Shown here piece by piece: positions 35,591 to 48,611 of a DNA stretch of 64,000 nt. Below the pieces are notes generated by a model. It saw only the letters and a list, made by a program, of their open reading frames with translations, had not been told where the DNA came from and made no database searches. Origin of the DNA: Podarcis pityusensis. Its lineage: Eukaryota. The DNA lies in assembly GCA_964106645.2 (NCBI GenBank), contig OZ067041.1, one strand, 5' to 3'. Within the stretch, counting starts at the first letter, position 1. Each line of letters starts with the position of its first letter. The position numbers and the translations under genes were made by a program.

Positions 35591-38500
35591 CCCATGCAGA
35601 GGAGTCTGGAGCAAAAGATGCCAAGTGAAGTTCCCATAAGCTGCCCCAGAGGACTTAAGGGTGGAAATTCAGCTTTGTGAGGTGCCCTGGATGACAGGGA
35701 GATAAGAGATAAAATAGTAGGTTAGTAAAGAGTCAAGAGAATACCGGTAGTTTTTTTGACACACATCAACACCCAGAGTCAGCATTTAGTCCTCAGAGGA
35801 TGGAATCACAAATTTAAAGGCAAACATGGATAGTTGTGCCTCTTAACCCTAATAAGTGAAGGCGGCATTCCATCTTGCCATGAAGGCAGCTTGAGGTGAA
35901 GAAACTAGGTGGTTCAGATCTTATCGCCTCTTTTGCAAGGACCGTTTACAAGAGGAAGTCATAAACATGAATGCAGCGCAATGCACATTTATCTTCTCTG
36001 ATGTCGGCAAATCAATAAATGGTTCAGTACAAGATCCAGAAGGTCTCATAGCCAGAGGGTCAAGAAAACTGCCACAATTATACTGCAAATAGCAGTGTAT
36101 GATAAAAATGATGAGTATTTAAACAAGTGGACTATTGGTTACTTGAAGTTAGCAGCAGTAATTGCCTCTTGGAACAGCAAATTCATGTAAACTAAGCACA
36201 TAGAAGCCTATGGATTGTCAATGTACCAAGCTGCAACTGTACTTAAGCATTCAGTGGAAGAACATAAGCACTGTTCACATTGCACTCATGGTAGTGATCA
36301 ATATGACTGTTTTTCACCACCACCACACACTCCCTTGCAGTGGATCTTTCATTTGTAGTAAAATTAATATGTGAACAACACAGTCCTGCTTAGCTCCCAT
36401 TGTATAAACTCTATCCACCACAAATGAAACATCGCAGTGAACTAATGTGCTATTACGGATATTTTTAGGACATAAAATAAGAACACGTCCAATCAAGTGC
36501 AGCTTAAATAGTTTGTTTGCCAAGTTCTGTTACCTCTTTACTTGGCTGTGGTTATAAAAAATATTTTGGTTTAAACAGAAAGACAAATGAATAGATTTCC
36601 TCAGCCCCTGGGCTCTTCTTAATACAAACAGATACAATACAGAGAAAAAAACAGGAAAAGAAAAGCTTTTTGGGGAGAAATTATGGTAAAAAAAGGAGAC
36701 ACAGAAAATTGTCACACAAGGATACACCAGATACTATATAGACACAGTGCTCACATAGCGCAGTAAGGAATTTAAAAATAAAATAAAACCAGACCAATAT
36801 AAATGCATCCAGACTCAGGCTAGAATCCTCACCCCACTGACTTCAAAGGCAGTGTCAAATTAGATTTAGACTTTACTTTGAGCATGGTACTGTCAAAGTA
36901 AAGCATTTTAAAGTCATTTTTAACTCCAAGGGAAGAGATATAAGCCCATGCTTCACTCTTCCATTCAATCAATGGAATTCAATCAATTTAAAATTCTCAA
37001 CTTTGACTGGACTGCATCCTTCATTATCCCACCAGTAAAGGTGCAACAGGGACAATGGATTAGAGGAAATGAAAAGTAAGAACTTTGTTTTTATAAATTA
37101 TTTCCCTTCAGGTTAAAAACAATTTCCTGTCCGTGGACTGGGGGCATGGAAGTCACTTTCATTAAATCAACGACTACACTATTGGCAGAGATTAAGGAGG
37201 GGGAGAATCAGATGCATGAGGTGTAAAAGCTAATATCATCCGTGTTACCTATCCCCATGCTGCTCAAAAGTGTGTATATGTGGAAAAAATCTGTATACAC
37301 TGCGGAGAACAAGAAGAGGGATGGAGGAAGAGACAAAGGAAGATTGAGGGAGTCCTATAATAGTAACATTGGCAGATATAGAGGTGTTTGTTGATTAGAA
37401 TCTGAAGGTTTTATTGAGGAAATGCTGCCTGCAGCTCCAGACCCCCTGCTGCTTAAATAAGGGCCAGCCAAGCAATTCTTGTTACTACCACACCATCTGA
37501 AATTTATGAGGAGGGTCCTAAATGAAAAACAGCCCGTGTTTCAGCTGCTGGGCATGAGCAAGCCTTTTGCTGCAACTTGAGGAATGGATGAAGGACAATG
37601 GGGGAAGGGAGAAGGTGTTTGGGGAAAGGAGAAATGAAAAGGGAACTCAGGCAGGCAGGCAGAATTGTCAAAGCCTGTAAGGTGGTTTCCTGTCTAAGGG
37701 CAACTGCAATTCTGCCAGGTCTTCAGTCAAAGGGATTGACGTATCAAAGTTCTACAAGCTGAGTGAACTGGCCTGTGATGCTATGAGAAGTGATTTGGTA
37801 GTAATTCCCACTGAATTTATGAGTAAATAAGGATAGGATCCCACTGTATAAAACACAACCAAGAGTCTGTACTTTTCAGTTTTTGCCCCTGCTTAGTCAT
37901 AGGTACAATTTAGATGGAAACAAATAAAGAAACACTTCAAGGCTATGGCATGGGGGAAGAAGAATGACTACTCCTTTTAACTGTTAATATCTTGCTCACC
38001 TTTGCACTACTTAAGCTGAGAAAAGATGTAAGGGAAGAGTGCATGAGTTATGTATTTTATTGTGCAGGAAAATAAGCAGACATTGCAACACTTCTATTAG
38101 GAAAGTCTAGGTTTTAAAAGGGCTGCCAAACAAGATAGTCTTGACTCTGCCACTTTTGCTCCTGTTGTCAGGTACCAAAGAGAATCTATTTACGAAGTTG
38201 AACTATGTTCCATATTGACCATGTATTGGGCTGGATTGATAAAAAAAACCCAACCAGAAATGATGTCCCATTCTTGTCCTAGAGGCCAGTCAGCAGCAGG
38301 ATCCTGCAGAGAAGGCATGCCCACAATTAGTCATGCGCTCTCAGCCCATTTCTGAGGGCTGAAAAATGATAGAGAATAAAGCTTTTAAAAAAGTGCAGGC
38401 CAAGGATGTAAACCAATCCATTAATCTTCTCCACTTTGGTGACATTTACAAGGAATCTGAGGTGGCAGACCAGTTTATGACATCAGCCCTAGATATGCCA

Positions 38501-39117
38501 CTCTTGAAGGCTGATTTTAGAAACAGGAAAGCCAAGCTAAATACACAATTTAAATGTTGTGAACATCAGACCTCATAAAATGGACATTTTAGGCTTTCCT
38601 CTTGATCTGAATATAGTAATCTCTAATTATTTTTTGTTTGCATGAATTAGTTTTGTCTACAGGTATACAAAACAATTAGTCTGCATCATTGCTCATTGTA
38701 ATTAAGATAAGCAATTACCGGCAAGACAAGATTTACAGTAGGTCACTTGCAAGTCAACTCAGATTACAGGCTTAATTTCATTTTTTGTTTTAATGGTTAG
38801 ATCACTATTACTTTTATGCTTTCTTCTATGAACTCTATGAACTCTAAATAGAAAAGCAACTCATTTGTGAAGGGAGAAAGCAGGGGGCAATTTTTTAAAA
38901 GAACAAAATAATGTACAATATTTGAAAAAAAATTAGCTCATCGATCTCAGTAACACATACATTTTCATATATGTTAAGGACAATAAGTCATGACCATAGG
39001 TCAAGTAAACCCACACAGAATAGTGACACAAATACTTATGGAATAGCTCATTAACTGACCACATTAAGACTAGCTGTTGAATTGCTACTTATGGTTTCTC
39101 CCATAGAGGTGAGACCG

Positions 39118-39305
39118 TGGCTGCATAAACACAATACCTTTGAAGCACATTTGCCCCCGCCCCCCATGAGAATCCTGAGAATTGTAGTTTACGCTACATA
39201 GAGTTATAGTTTCCAGCACCCTTAACAAATTATAGTTCCCATGATTCTTTGGGGGAGGGGAAACATGCCTTAAATGTGCTTTAAAGGCATGGTGTGTGCA
39301 CAGCT
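39118..39305. mobile_element. Degenerate palindromic MITE
   Basis: Imperfect ~35-bp terminal inverted arms (GCTGCATAAACACAATACCTTTGAAGCACATTT / AAATGTGCTTTAAAGGCATGGTGTGTGCACAGC). Confidence 0.6.
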
Positions 39306-39380
39306 TGTGAGTAGTACAATGTGAATCCTTCTTAGTGAAAGCTCAAGGTTTATGACATTTAGAGAACTCCCTGAAACTTA

Positions 39381-39717
39381 AGCCCTATTCAGGTGTTCTC
39401 CCTTCTGCAATTACTGCTGAGTGAGAGGAAAAGTGGGACAACAGTTGTTGGCCCTGCCCCTCCATCATGATCCCCTCCTCACCTTCCACACACTGAAGTG
39501 GGAAGGTCTGGTGTAGGGCATCTGCCCAAGCAGAGTTCTGAATCATGGAGTGAGCCTAAACACATAGAGCAGCCTCCCCAATTCAGTTTCCCCCACCCTC
39601 CAATGTGTGGAAGGTGATGAAGGGGACACAACAGTAGGGTCAGAGCCATCTAGCGTGGCCCACTGACACTCCTCACGGAACTATAATTGCATGACGAAGA
39701 ACACCCAAAATAGGGCT
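39381..39717. mobile_element. Foldback / Harbinger-like MITE
   Basis: AGCCCTATTCAGGTGTTCT...AGAACACCCAAAATAGGGCT termini, nested inverted arms (TCACCTTCCACACA / TGTGTGGAAGGTGA) and a TTA left flank. Confidence 0.65.
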
Positions 39718-42700
39718 TTTGACAACAGCTGTTTCTCAGTAAGAGTTCAATGAATAGGTTATTGCTGTATTCTTTAACATAACTGACTTTTGAATAAAAA
39801 TATAATTTTGGGGTTTTCTATGCTTTATAGATAGACCATGAATGCATACTGCTATTGTTAACAATTCTTGAATTTGGTGGGTATTGTAAGACAAAATGTA
39901 AAAAGTAACGATGAAGGAGGGGAAGAATGAGATGTGAAAGCTCAGGTGTTAAAAAACAACAACAGGTGGAAACTCTTATTTTTCCCAGGTCTTCACACCT
40001 ACTGTACTGTATTGCACAATCACAAATCAAAGACATACATTTCTATGAGAATAAACAGCCAAGAGTTTTGTAGCACTTTAAAGGCTTAACACATTTTATT
40101 AAGGCATTAGCTTTCATGATGAAGCCTACAAATGCTTATGCAATGATGACATTTGTTAGTCTTTAACATGTCACAAGGGTCTTTGTTGATTTTGTTGCAA
40201 CAGATTAATGTGGCTACCCACAGCCCTGGAAATTTACAGATTAGGTTGCCCATTTGACCAAGTGATAAAAAGCAGAAAAATTATGTTTCAGTGTTAGTCA
40301 GTGGATCTGTATTAACACACATATATTCATATAATCAAATCTTCTCTAGCTGTTTTGATAGTCTACAAGAAAATTAGACAGTTATCAGTGAACTGCCACT
40401 GAAAGCATTTAGAACCATCATGCAACTCTACCACTGAGACCCTTGCTTATAGACTAAGGACTGAAGTAATTATGGCACGTGAACTCTCTTTTGCAACCCA
40501 GAAACCAATGTCACCAGCTAAAGTGACAATTGCCTATCACAATTGTGTATGATAGGGGACTTCCGCTGATAATCTAATAGACTTAATATCCCAGTCCCAA
40601 ATTCATAGCGTTCTCAGGTACAAAGCGGCCTTAATCAAAAGCAATGCTGGCGTTCTTGCATCATGCTTCATTTCTGTTACTTCTTTCTACCCTCTTATCC
40701 AAAGTGAGAACATCACAGTAAAGTGGAATAGTCAGTTTACCCCTTGTGTTGCCCGCCTTCCACACACTCTGGAAACTGCCTTAGCCCTATAAAGGATAAA
40801 ATCTCCTTACTAGAGTGGGAAGGGGGGGGGGAGATGCACTTCCTTTCTTCTATATATTTCTCCCCCCACCCAACCCCACACACTTAATTTTCACTCCTCT
40901 CCCCCCCCCTTCAATTCTGTATAAATTCAATTTGACAACCCTGCTAATTGGATAAACGTCGTTCCCTATGCTCCTTTAAAGCAGTTCTCTTTTCTTTTCT
41001 TGTTTTTGGAGGGTGATTGTGGCTGTTCTTTAACATGAATTCCATCTGCTTTATTTCTCCTCTCCCTATTCAGCATCCTTCCTGAATATTTATGAAGTGT
41101 TTTGCCATCCCCCTCCCAACCTTCCCTCCTTCCTATCTCCTTTTGCTCCCTTCTCACCTCCCTCTTTCCCTCCTTTGGCCAGCCAGCCCCACTCCCTCCC
41201 ATGTTCCTTCTTCCTTCCCAGCTTGGCTCAGTTATTCCCTCTCCTATCTCTCATTGCCCCGGACAATAACCTTCCAAATGCACCCCCCCACTCCGCTTTA
41301 GATAAACACAGGCAGTGTCAAGTGTGAGGAGAAGGGGGGAGGGAGTTCAACTGCCAGTCAAGCCTCAGGTCTTCAATGAGGCCTAGAGGCCTACGCTAAT
41401 CTGCTGCATGCTTGCCATATGGGAGCTGTGTTGCCCTGGGAAACGCTAACAGGCAGAACGGAGCTTAATAGAGTCCATATTCATTGTAATGCAGTGAGAT
41501 GGCTCGAGGGACTATTGCCCCTTGGGTCTGTTTTCATTCTTCTGTTCCCTCTCTTTCTTTCTTTTTCCCTCCCTTTTTTCCCTTTCTTTCCTCTTTTCAA
41601 AAGACAAGGTCCCTGGAGAGCTCTAATCTGGAGAGGCTGGGGCTCAGTGAAGGGACAGGGTTTGGCGCTTGCAGAAGGGAAGAAAGATGGCTGGGAAGAT
41701 GAGGAAGTGGAGTGGACAGTAAAGGAGCAACTAATAAGCATGCCGTGGGCCAGCTGTCAAGATGTCCACAATGCCTCCTCTTCGTGCAAATACCTGTGCG
41801 CAAAGGCGGCGGGAGTCCCTTTTCACCATAGGAATCCTTGCCCTTTGCAGGAATGTTGCAAACTTGGATGACTTGGGTGGAAGGTGAATACAGATTACCA
41901 TTTAGCGAGTGGTAGTTTACTAGAATTAGGTACAAATCCACAGGAAATGCCACAGTATCCAGTCAAATGGTGAGCAGGATTTTATCAGTTCTCTGAAGCC
42001 CTTGCTTTCTGGTGAAGCCCAAGGATGTGGTAAAACTCTCCTTGCCACATGGAAGGATGTTATAATGAGCTTACAAATTAAGACTGTGGTATATATCCAT
42101 GATAAAGGTAAACTGTGCCGGGAACTAGAATGGTCAAGGAAATTACTCCAGAAGATAAAAGCTATCGGAAGCAGGCACTGCAAACCAATTCAGAGCTGAA
42201 GAAGATGGCTAACCTTTTCTCTCTCCGCTCAAAGGGACTGGATTTGCAATAAAATGCCAAATATGTTTCTTTTTATTAATAATGCTTTCTGCAACCCAAG
42301 CACTTCCTGCCACAGCTCCATACCGCAAATGAAATCTTAACTACAATTCTTCTCTAATGGCTCTCTCACTCTTTCCACCTCTAACTAATGAACATGTTAA
42401 TGACACAAGTGAGAATACATAGCCCGCAAGCACTTACATAAGGGATGATAAACTAAAAATAATTACATAATGCTGTCATATCTCGTAATTCTTAGCTCTT
42501 TAACTCTTACCAGATTTCCAGCAGCAGCTTAACAAAAGCTGGCCTTCTATGTCCACAATAACTTTCAATAAAACTGAGAACACTAATCCCCTAAAACAGT
42601 AAATCACTGTTATTTTCCTATTTGCAAACTCAAGATTTTTGTTCTTTTATTGTAAAGAGAGTGTTTAAACAACCAGAATATTGTAAATAAGGTAAGACAA

Positions 42701-43923
42701 TATTCACCCTGTGTTCCAAGCATGGAATGTGTGGTATCAAGCACTAAGGGAACGCTGCATAATATCAGTACTAATAAATTAGAAGGCCAATTCACACATC
42801 CCTTTTAGCATGGTAAAATGTCAGTTCTTTCAAGCTACAATGAAGTCATTCCATAGCAGCAACAACAAAAATCACATCATTGTGCCTCCAGTGCAACATT
42901 TAGTGATCTACAGTATACAAACAGAAGTGGATTATCAGTTTTCATAATACAATAGCATGAAAACACCTTCATTACTAGTCTTCTGTATGAAGTTTAAGTC
43001 TCATTTCTGCATATCTAGCCTGAAAGGATTTTCGTTAGCCATAAATCTAAGATGAAGGTAAAAATTTTGAGGAAAGGTGGGATTAAAATTAAATACAAGT
43101 AAATGTAGGACTTTGTAAAAATAGGTAGCATCATCTAGAAAGGAAGGAATTTAAGAGGACTTTAAACCTTTCTACATGTAAACAAACCATTCCAGCCAGG
43201 AGGACCCCTGGTGGAAAGTTAAACATCTGCATCCTTCCTCCCTTATGCTGTGTCTTCATTTCATCCCTCCAACATCCAGAGATTATAGAACGTCCTGGCA
43301 TAGTCTGGGAGTTACTTTAGCTCCCAAGACAACTAGTTTTACTATCACCACACCTGTATCGAAAGTGGCTCAGGAAACCAAATGGGTTGTCAGATCACCA
43401 ACCAAATCCCAGCATGTGTTGACTAAATATTATAAAGAGAGATACTGTATTTGTTGTAGTTTGGATGTGATTCCTGACTGCATGAAAACATGACCTGAAG
43501 ACAGAGGTCCACAAATTTGTCCTGGCTTATTTGATGGCAATTATTTGTAGTTGCACTGAACCCTCCTGCCTCCAACCCTTTGTGCATGCCAGAGGAAGGA
43601 CCAGGTCTCTCTCACTATTGTTAAGTGTTTCTATGTCTCAATGTATTAATGTTTCTGTCTCAATGTATTTTTGGTTACAAATGCCAGCAAGTACAGTACA
43701 GTATATCTAAAAACTTTTGTGGCTGGATAGGAATCTAGGAAGTTGCCTAACACCATCAGACTGTTTGCCCATCTAGCCCAGTATGGTCTGCTCTACTAGC
43801 AGTGTCTCTTGGAGTTTTGCCTTTCCTAACACAAGGGATTGAAATAAGGGATTCTAAATACAAAGCATGTGCTCTATCATTGAGCCATAGTCTCTCTTAG
43901 CAGGTATGACATACATATGTGTA

Positions 43924-44149
43924 CAGTGGTACCTCAGGTTAAGTACTTAATTCGTTCCGGAGGTCCATTCTTAACCTGAAACTGTTCTTAACCTGATGAA
44001 CCACTTTAGCTAATGGGGCCTCCTGCTGCTGCCGTGCCGCTGAAGCCCGATTTCTGTTCTCATCCTGAAGCAAAGTTCTTAACCTGAAGCACTATTTCTG
44101 GGTTAGCGGAGTCTGTAACCTGAAGCGTATGTAACCTGAGGTACCACTG
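43924..44149 (-). mobile_element. Tc1/mariner-superfamily MITE (inverted relative to the 26249 copy)
   Basis: TA|CAGTGGTACCTCAGGTTA...TAACCTGAGGTACCACTG|TA; perfect 18-bp TIR. Confidence 0.92.
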
Positions 44150-44929
44150 TATAGCTGTGTTTGTGTGTAGATTTAGGAAAATTTTGTATGTATTAATTTA
44201 AAAATCTAATTAATTACAAAATTTAGTACTATTCAGCATGAAAGCTGCAATCCTAAGTAAACTTACTGTGTAGTAAGTAACACTAAGTAGTAATAAGTAC
44301 TACAAACTTACTAAGTAGTAAGTAGTACTAAGAAGTAAGCACCACTTATTATTATCATCATCACAATTTGTATACCACCCTATACCCGTAGATCTCACTG
44401 CAGTTCACAGCATAAAATTGCAATAAAAAAAAAACAAAATACGTAATAAAAACAAAAACAGAGCTTACTTCTGATTCAGCATGCTTAGGTTTTCACTGCA
44501 CAATGGAAACATTATGGCCCTCAATTCACACAGCTTCAGTGCTGGAGGAACCATCGAAGCCAAATTGCAATTCTTCTGTTTCAGTTTCTTCTATTGCATA
44601 TTACGGTGTTTATGAGGTGATTAGAATAGCAGACAGTTCATCAAACCATGCAGATAATCAAACCATGCAGCTTAGCCTTCCCCCTTACATGCATTTTTCT
44701 AGGTACAGTGAGCTTTTACAAAGATCCCATATACATGCCACACTTGGAAGCCTGACGTGATAATGTCCCAGCAAAGCTTTGCTGCTGCTGATTACATAAA
44801 CTGGTAATAAAGCCTACCTGTCAACCAGGTCACTCTGTGTGTGGGTGTACTGGTTACTTGTTCATAAATAGCCTGCCTATATATCAGCGAGTACCAAGCT
44901 CAAGTTTATTCCTCCTTTGGCCAGTGAAG

Positions 44930-45365
44930 TAGATGAATTCCAACACCCCAAGATTGCTATTTATGGTGCTTTTGCATTTCATGAGTTTAGCAACGTATGC
45001 TAGCACACCTCCTATGCTGTCCAGTCCCTACCATTACAATCATGTCAGCAACAAAGGAGGACTTCTCTACGACGGGAATCAATCTGTTTCCTCGTTTGGG
45101 ATTGTTTTGATAAGTTCAATTTTTCTTATATAATACCACCTGTCAGGAATGTTTATGTTGCTGACACAAATACAATGCAGACAGTAGTTTTAATTACCTT
45201 CTGTGTTTCAGCAATTAGTATCTCCTCATTTCTACAGACAATGAGTATCTGTCATATTTGTAATTGCTATCTATTCTTGTTTCCTCAGTCTAGTATGTCC
45301 ACCAAGGCTTTTTCACTTTCAGAAATCAACTTCTCTCCAACGTTGACCTCCTCTATCAGCTAGGA
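44930..45365 (-). mobile_element. Possible highly decayed CR1-like ORF2 fragment
   Basis: Minus-strand peptide remnant LIEEVNVGEKLISES..LV resembles the end of the CR1 endonuclease region; many stops. Confidence 0.3.
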
Positions 45366-46689
45366 GTGGCTTACTAATAGTAACCTCTATGCATTAGATA
45401 CAAAACAAAATGGATTGTGGAAATACATCAAAGATGGCATTTCACAAGACAAATAGAGGTGTCATGTCCCCTTAACCTCCACTGGTGTACATGTGCAAGA
45501 GGAAGGGCTGAAAGAGATATGGGAAATACGGCCTGTCTGTTCCCAATACAGGAAGGAAGAATATTCTTTGCTCACATCTTGCTTGCTGGTTTTCCACAGA
45601 CATCTGGTTGGCCACTGTGAGAACAGGATAATGGACTTGACAAGCCTTTGTTCTGACCCACCAGGCTCTTCTTGTGTTCAAAATGCTTCAGATAAGCCTA
45701 CGCACATTCAGAGGACAAACACTGCCAATCTTTCCATGTATTGGCTGCAAGTGGGTAGACCGTGTCCATAGTTTGTTTATACTGACATTTTCATTATTCA
45801 GTTTAGTTTTTCTTATCATGGACTTGGTACAATAGTAGCATCACTTAGCTTGGGTTATATACTAATACCCTGTATGTACTTACGGAGAACTCAATCTCTT
45901 GAGTGTGGATCTTTATGAATCCAAAATGGCATCTTCCATGTACAAGAGCGGTATCAATAGTAGTTGGAGGAAAACCTGAGGTCTGCAGAAGTATAAGGGG
46001 AAACAACCCCACAACTGCCCAGTGATGGCAGAGTATGCTCAGTGGTAAGGAAATACTGAAAGACTGCTGGAAATGGGATGGAAAACCATACAGAAGGGAA
46101 TGGAGTATCAGGATGACTGGAACAATGAACAGGAGCACTCCGCACTACAACAAGTTGTGGCAGATCCCACCTATGGGCAACCAAATTGTCAAAGTGACCC
46201 TCTGAATACTGAGCCATAACTTGGTAGCTAATATGGAATTCTGTTGCTGTGAAAAAGGATTTTTTTAAAAAAAAAAATCACACTATAATTGGATCTTAAG
46301 TAATAGCCTATTCTATTTTTTCTTTATTAAATTAAAATTCCTATAACATTTGGATGAAATATTGCAGAAATTACTTCCAGCTATCTCATGACTTTCCATG
46401 AAGTTCCATGACTTCATTAATCCTTGGCAAAACCTCCATAACTTTTGCACACATAATGACTGCCTGGGAATTCGAACGGGCAACTGTAATTGCTATTTTT
46501 AGCATCGCTAGTTTTGTGGCATTGTGAGACATCACAATATGCTCCTAAAACAAAATGTCTTTATATAAAGCAGGGTTTTTTTCATGGTTATTACATCTGG
46601 AGGAACTTTACTCTTGACTTACAATTTAAGTTATTCTTTCAAGTTATTGTAATTTCAATAGACTTTGGTGTAAGCTTTGACCATCTTGG

Positions 46690-46990
46690 CTGTGAGTTCT
46701 GAATGACTTGCTCCCTGCCTTGCTAGCCTTTTCCCACCTGGCCTGCGAGGGCAGGGCCCTGACTAAATCCAGCTTCAAAAACTGGGCTTGGGCATTGTTT
46801 AACAGGGGATGTTGCTGTTATTAAGCTCTTAGGATTTATGTGGAAATTGTTCAATTTTGTGTACTTTTTGATGTGTTTTACTTATTGTCTATAGCTATTT
46901 TTAAATTATGTACCTTTTCCATATTGTAAGTCACTTTGTGCATAGTTTTAACCATGGAAAGGTTGCATACAAATAAAATGGTGATGATGA
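46690..46990 (+). mobile_element. Retroposon 3' end (second copy of the 16800 family)
   Basis: Similarity to 16800-17120; ends GCATACAAATAAA plus a (GAT)n-like tail. Confidence 0.7.
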
Positions 46991-47817
46991 AATTAAGCAC
47001 TCCCTAAAATAAAAAAAATTAAGGGACAAGTACCTTCATTTTAATTATGTTAGATACTCTATAGGATTTTTCCTGCAAAGCCAATCTCAAATGCAATCTT
47101 GAGCTATAAGGCAAGTGTATTGCTTAATTATGTGCAACTGCAAGAAAGAACATGTGGGAATATCAAATTAATTGAGACTATAATTTGCAAATTAATTGAG
47201 ACTGTAATCACACTAAGTGCACGTTCATTTTAATGTGGGGCTTAGTTCAATGGAGTGGACAAATGTTGCTATTTATAGAAGCAGCATAACATCAGATGTT
47301 GTAGGCTTCAAACCCTGGTCTTTGGGGAACAAGCATGAGCTCCCTATTTCCTGTGCTGCCATGAAAGCTGGTTAGAGTAGGAACGTACACATACTCCAAT
47401 CAAACCAAAAACTGCACTTGGAGACAGAGATGCGAACATCCAGTGATCCATCGAGTTTAACAATATGCCTCTCCTCACCATTTAGCGACTTGGATCTTCT
47501 CAGCTTTCAGTCTTGCGTGAACTTTAAACTTTGCTGAACCGAGATTCAGGCCCTCTCTGAATCTCTAACTTTTCCTGCCTGGCCTGGAAGTCTTATTGTT
47601 ACTCTCCACTTAAGCATCTCTTCAATTATTGCCTTGCTTTTTGACCTGACCACCCTATGCTCCAGGATGAAATCATCTGCTTTGCTCAAATCTGCCTGAG
47701 AGCAGCCTTTCAGCCTTTCTGCTTACAAACTATGAACCTCTATGGGCCCTGGTCAGATTCAAATTTATTACTTAGCCATTGGCCATTACAACACCTAGTA
47801 ATTAGATCACAGGACAC

Positions 47818-47952
47818 CATAGAATCATAGAACTGTAGAGTTGGAAGGGACCCCAAGGATCATCTAATTCAACCCCCTGCAATGCAGGAATCTTTTGCCC
47901 AATATGGGGCTCAAACCCATGACCCTGAGATTAAGAGTCTCATGCTCTACTA
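47818..47952 (-). mobile_element. tRNA-Lys(CTT)-headed SINE with CR1-derived 3' tail
   Basis: Minus strand GTAGAGCATGAGACTCTTAATCTCAGGGTCATGGGTTTGAGCCCCATATTGGGCA equals vertebrate tRNA-Lys-CTT with CpG decay, joined directly to the CR1 tail seen at 12392-12470. Confidence 0.88.
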
Positions 47953-48611
47953 AGTTATGTCAAGCACAACTAAACATTTTCATATACCAATGGGAAATTT
48001 TGGTATCCCTCAACATAGGGCAAATAATGTTGATGCTCTATATCTACCAGCCAATCTAACTGTAATGTGAGCTCCAACTGAGGCCATAATGAATAAGAGT
48101 AAGAAAACCCCACCCTACTGAATGTGCTCCTCTGTCACAGATCTCAAGGATTTATGCGCTGGTTCCTAATTGGCTATCCCCTAAAACATAAATGTGCTAC
48201 ATTAGAAATATTCATTCTGGTGAGCCTAAGCCAATAATTAAGTAGCAGCCTCTGGATTTTACTTTTCAAGGAACTTAAACCTGTTTTCTAGTCTCAGAAA
48301 CAACGCTGGGAGAGAAAGCAGCACAAAAGTGATCTTAAATATTTATTCTGGATACTGTCTGTTGAAGAAGTACAGCCAGTTCCCAAACCTGAGCACCATA
48401 AACAAGCTGAGTAGTTGTTTTAGCTCAGAAAACCTTAAGAGCAAGTTGTAACAGGTTGGCTCCTCTGTTTCCCTGAAATCTCATAATAGCCCATAATCTC
48501 TTGGCCACTGAGCAGTGGAGACAGTTAATTTAACATTTCACCTTCTGGTGAAAGAAAACTAAATCCCCATATATTTATAGAGCATCTAGAACAAGTTAGA
48601 GCTTCTTAAGG

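Noticed and set aside
44255-44345. Irregular AAGTAGTAAGT repeats resembling a repeat-spacer array
   Set aside because: Degenerate slippage repeat with no constant repeat and unique spacer periodicity; eukaryotic context, not CRISPR.
47648-47656. GLI-like site GACCACCCT (Hedgehog feedback)
   Set aside because: An 8/9 match, isolated and expected by chance; I saw no perfect GACCACCCA.
47896-47950. Functional tRNA-Lys gene
   Set aside because: The 5' acceptor/D-arm part is missing, CpG-decay mutations hit the T arm, and it is fused to a CR1 tail, so it is a SINE.
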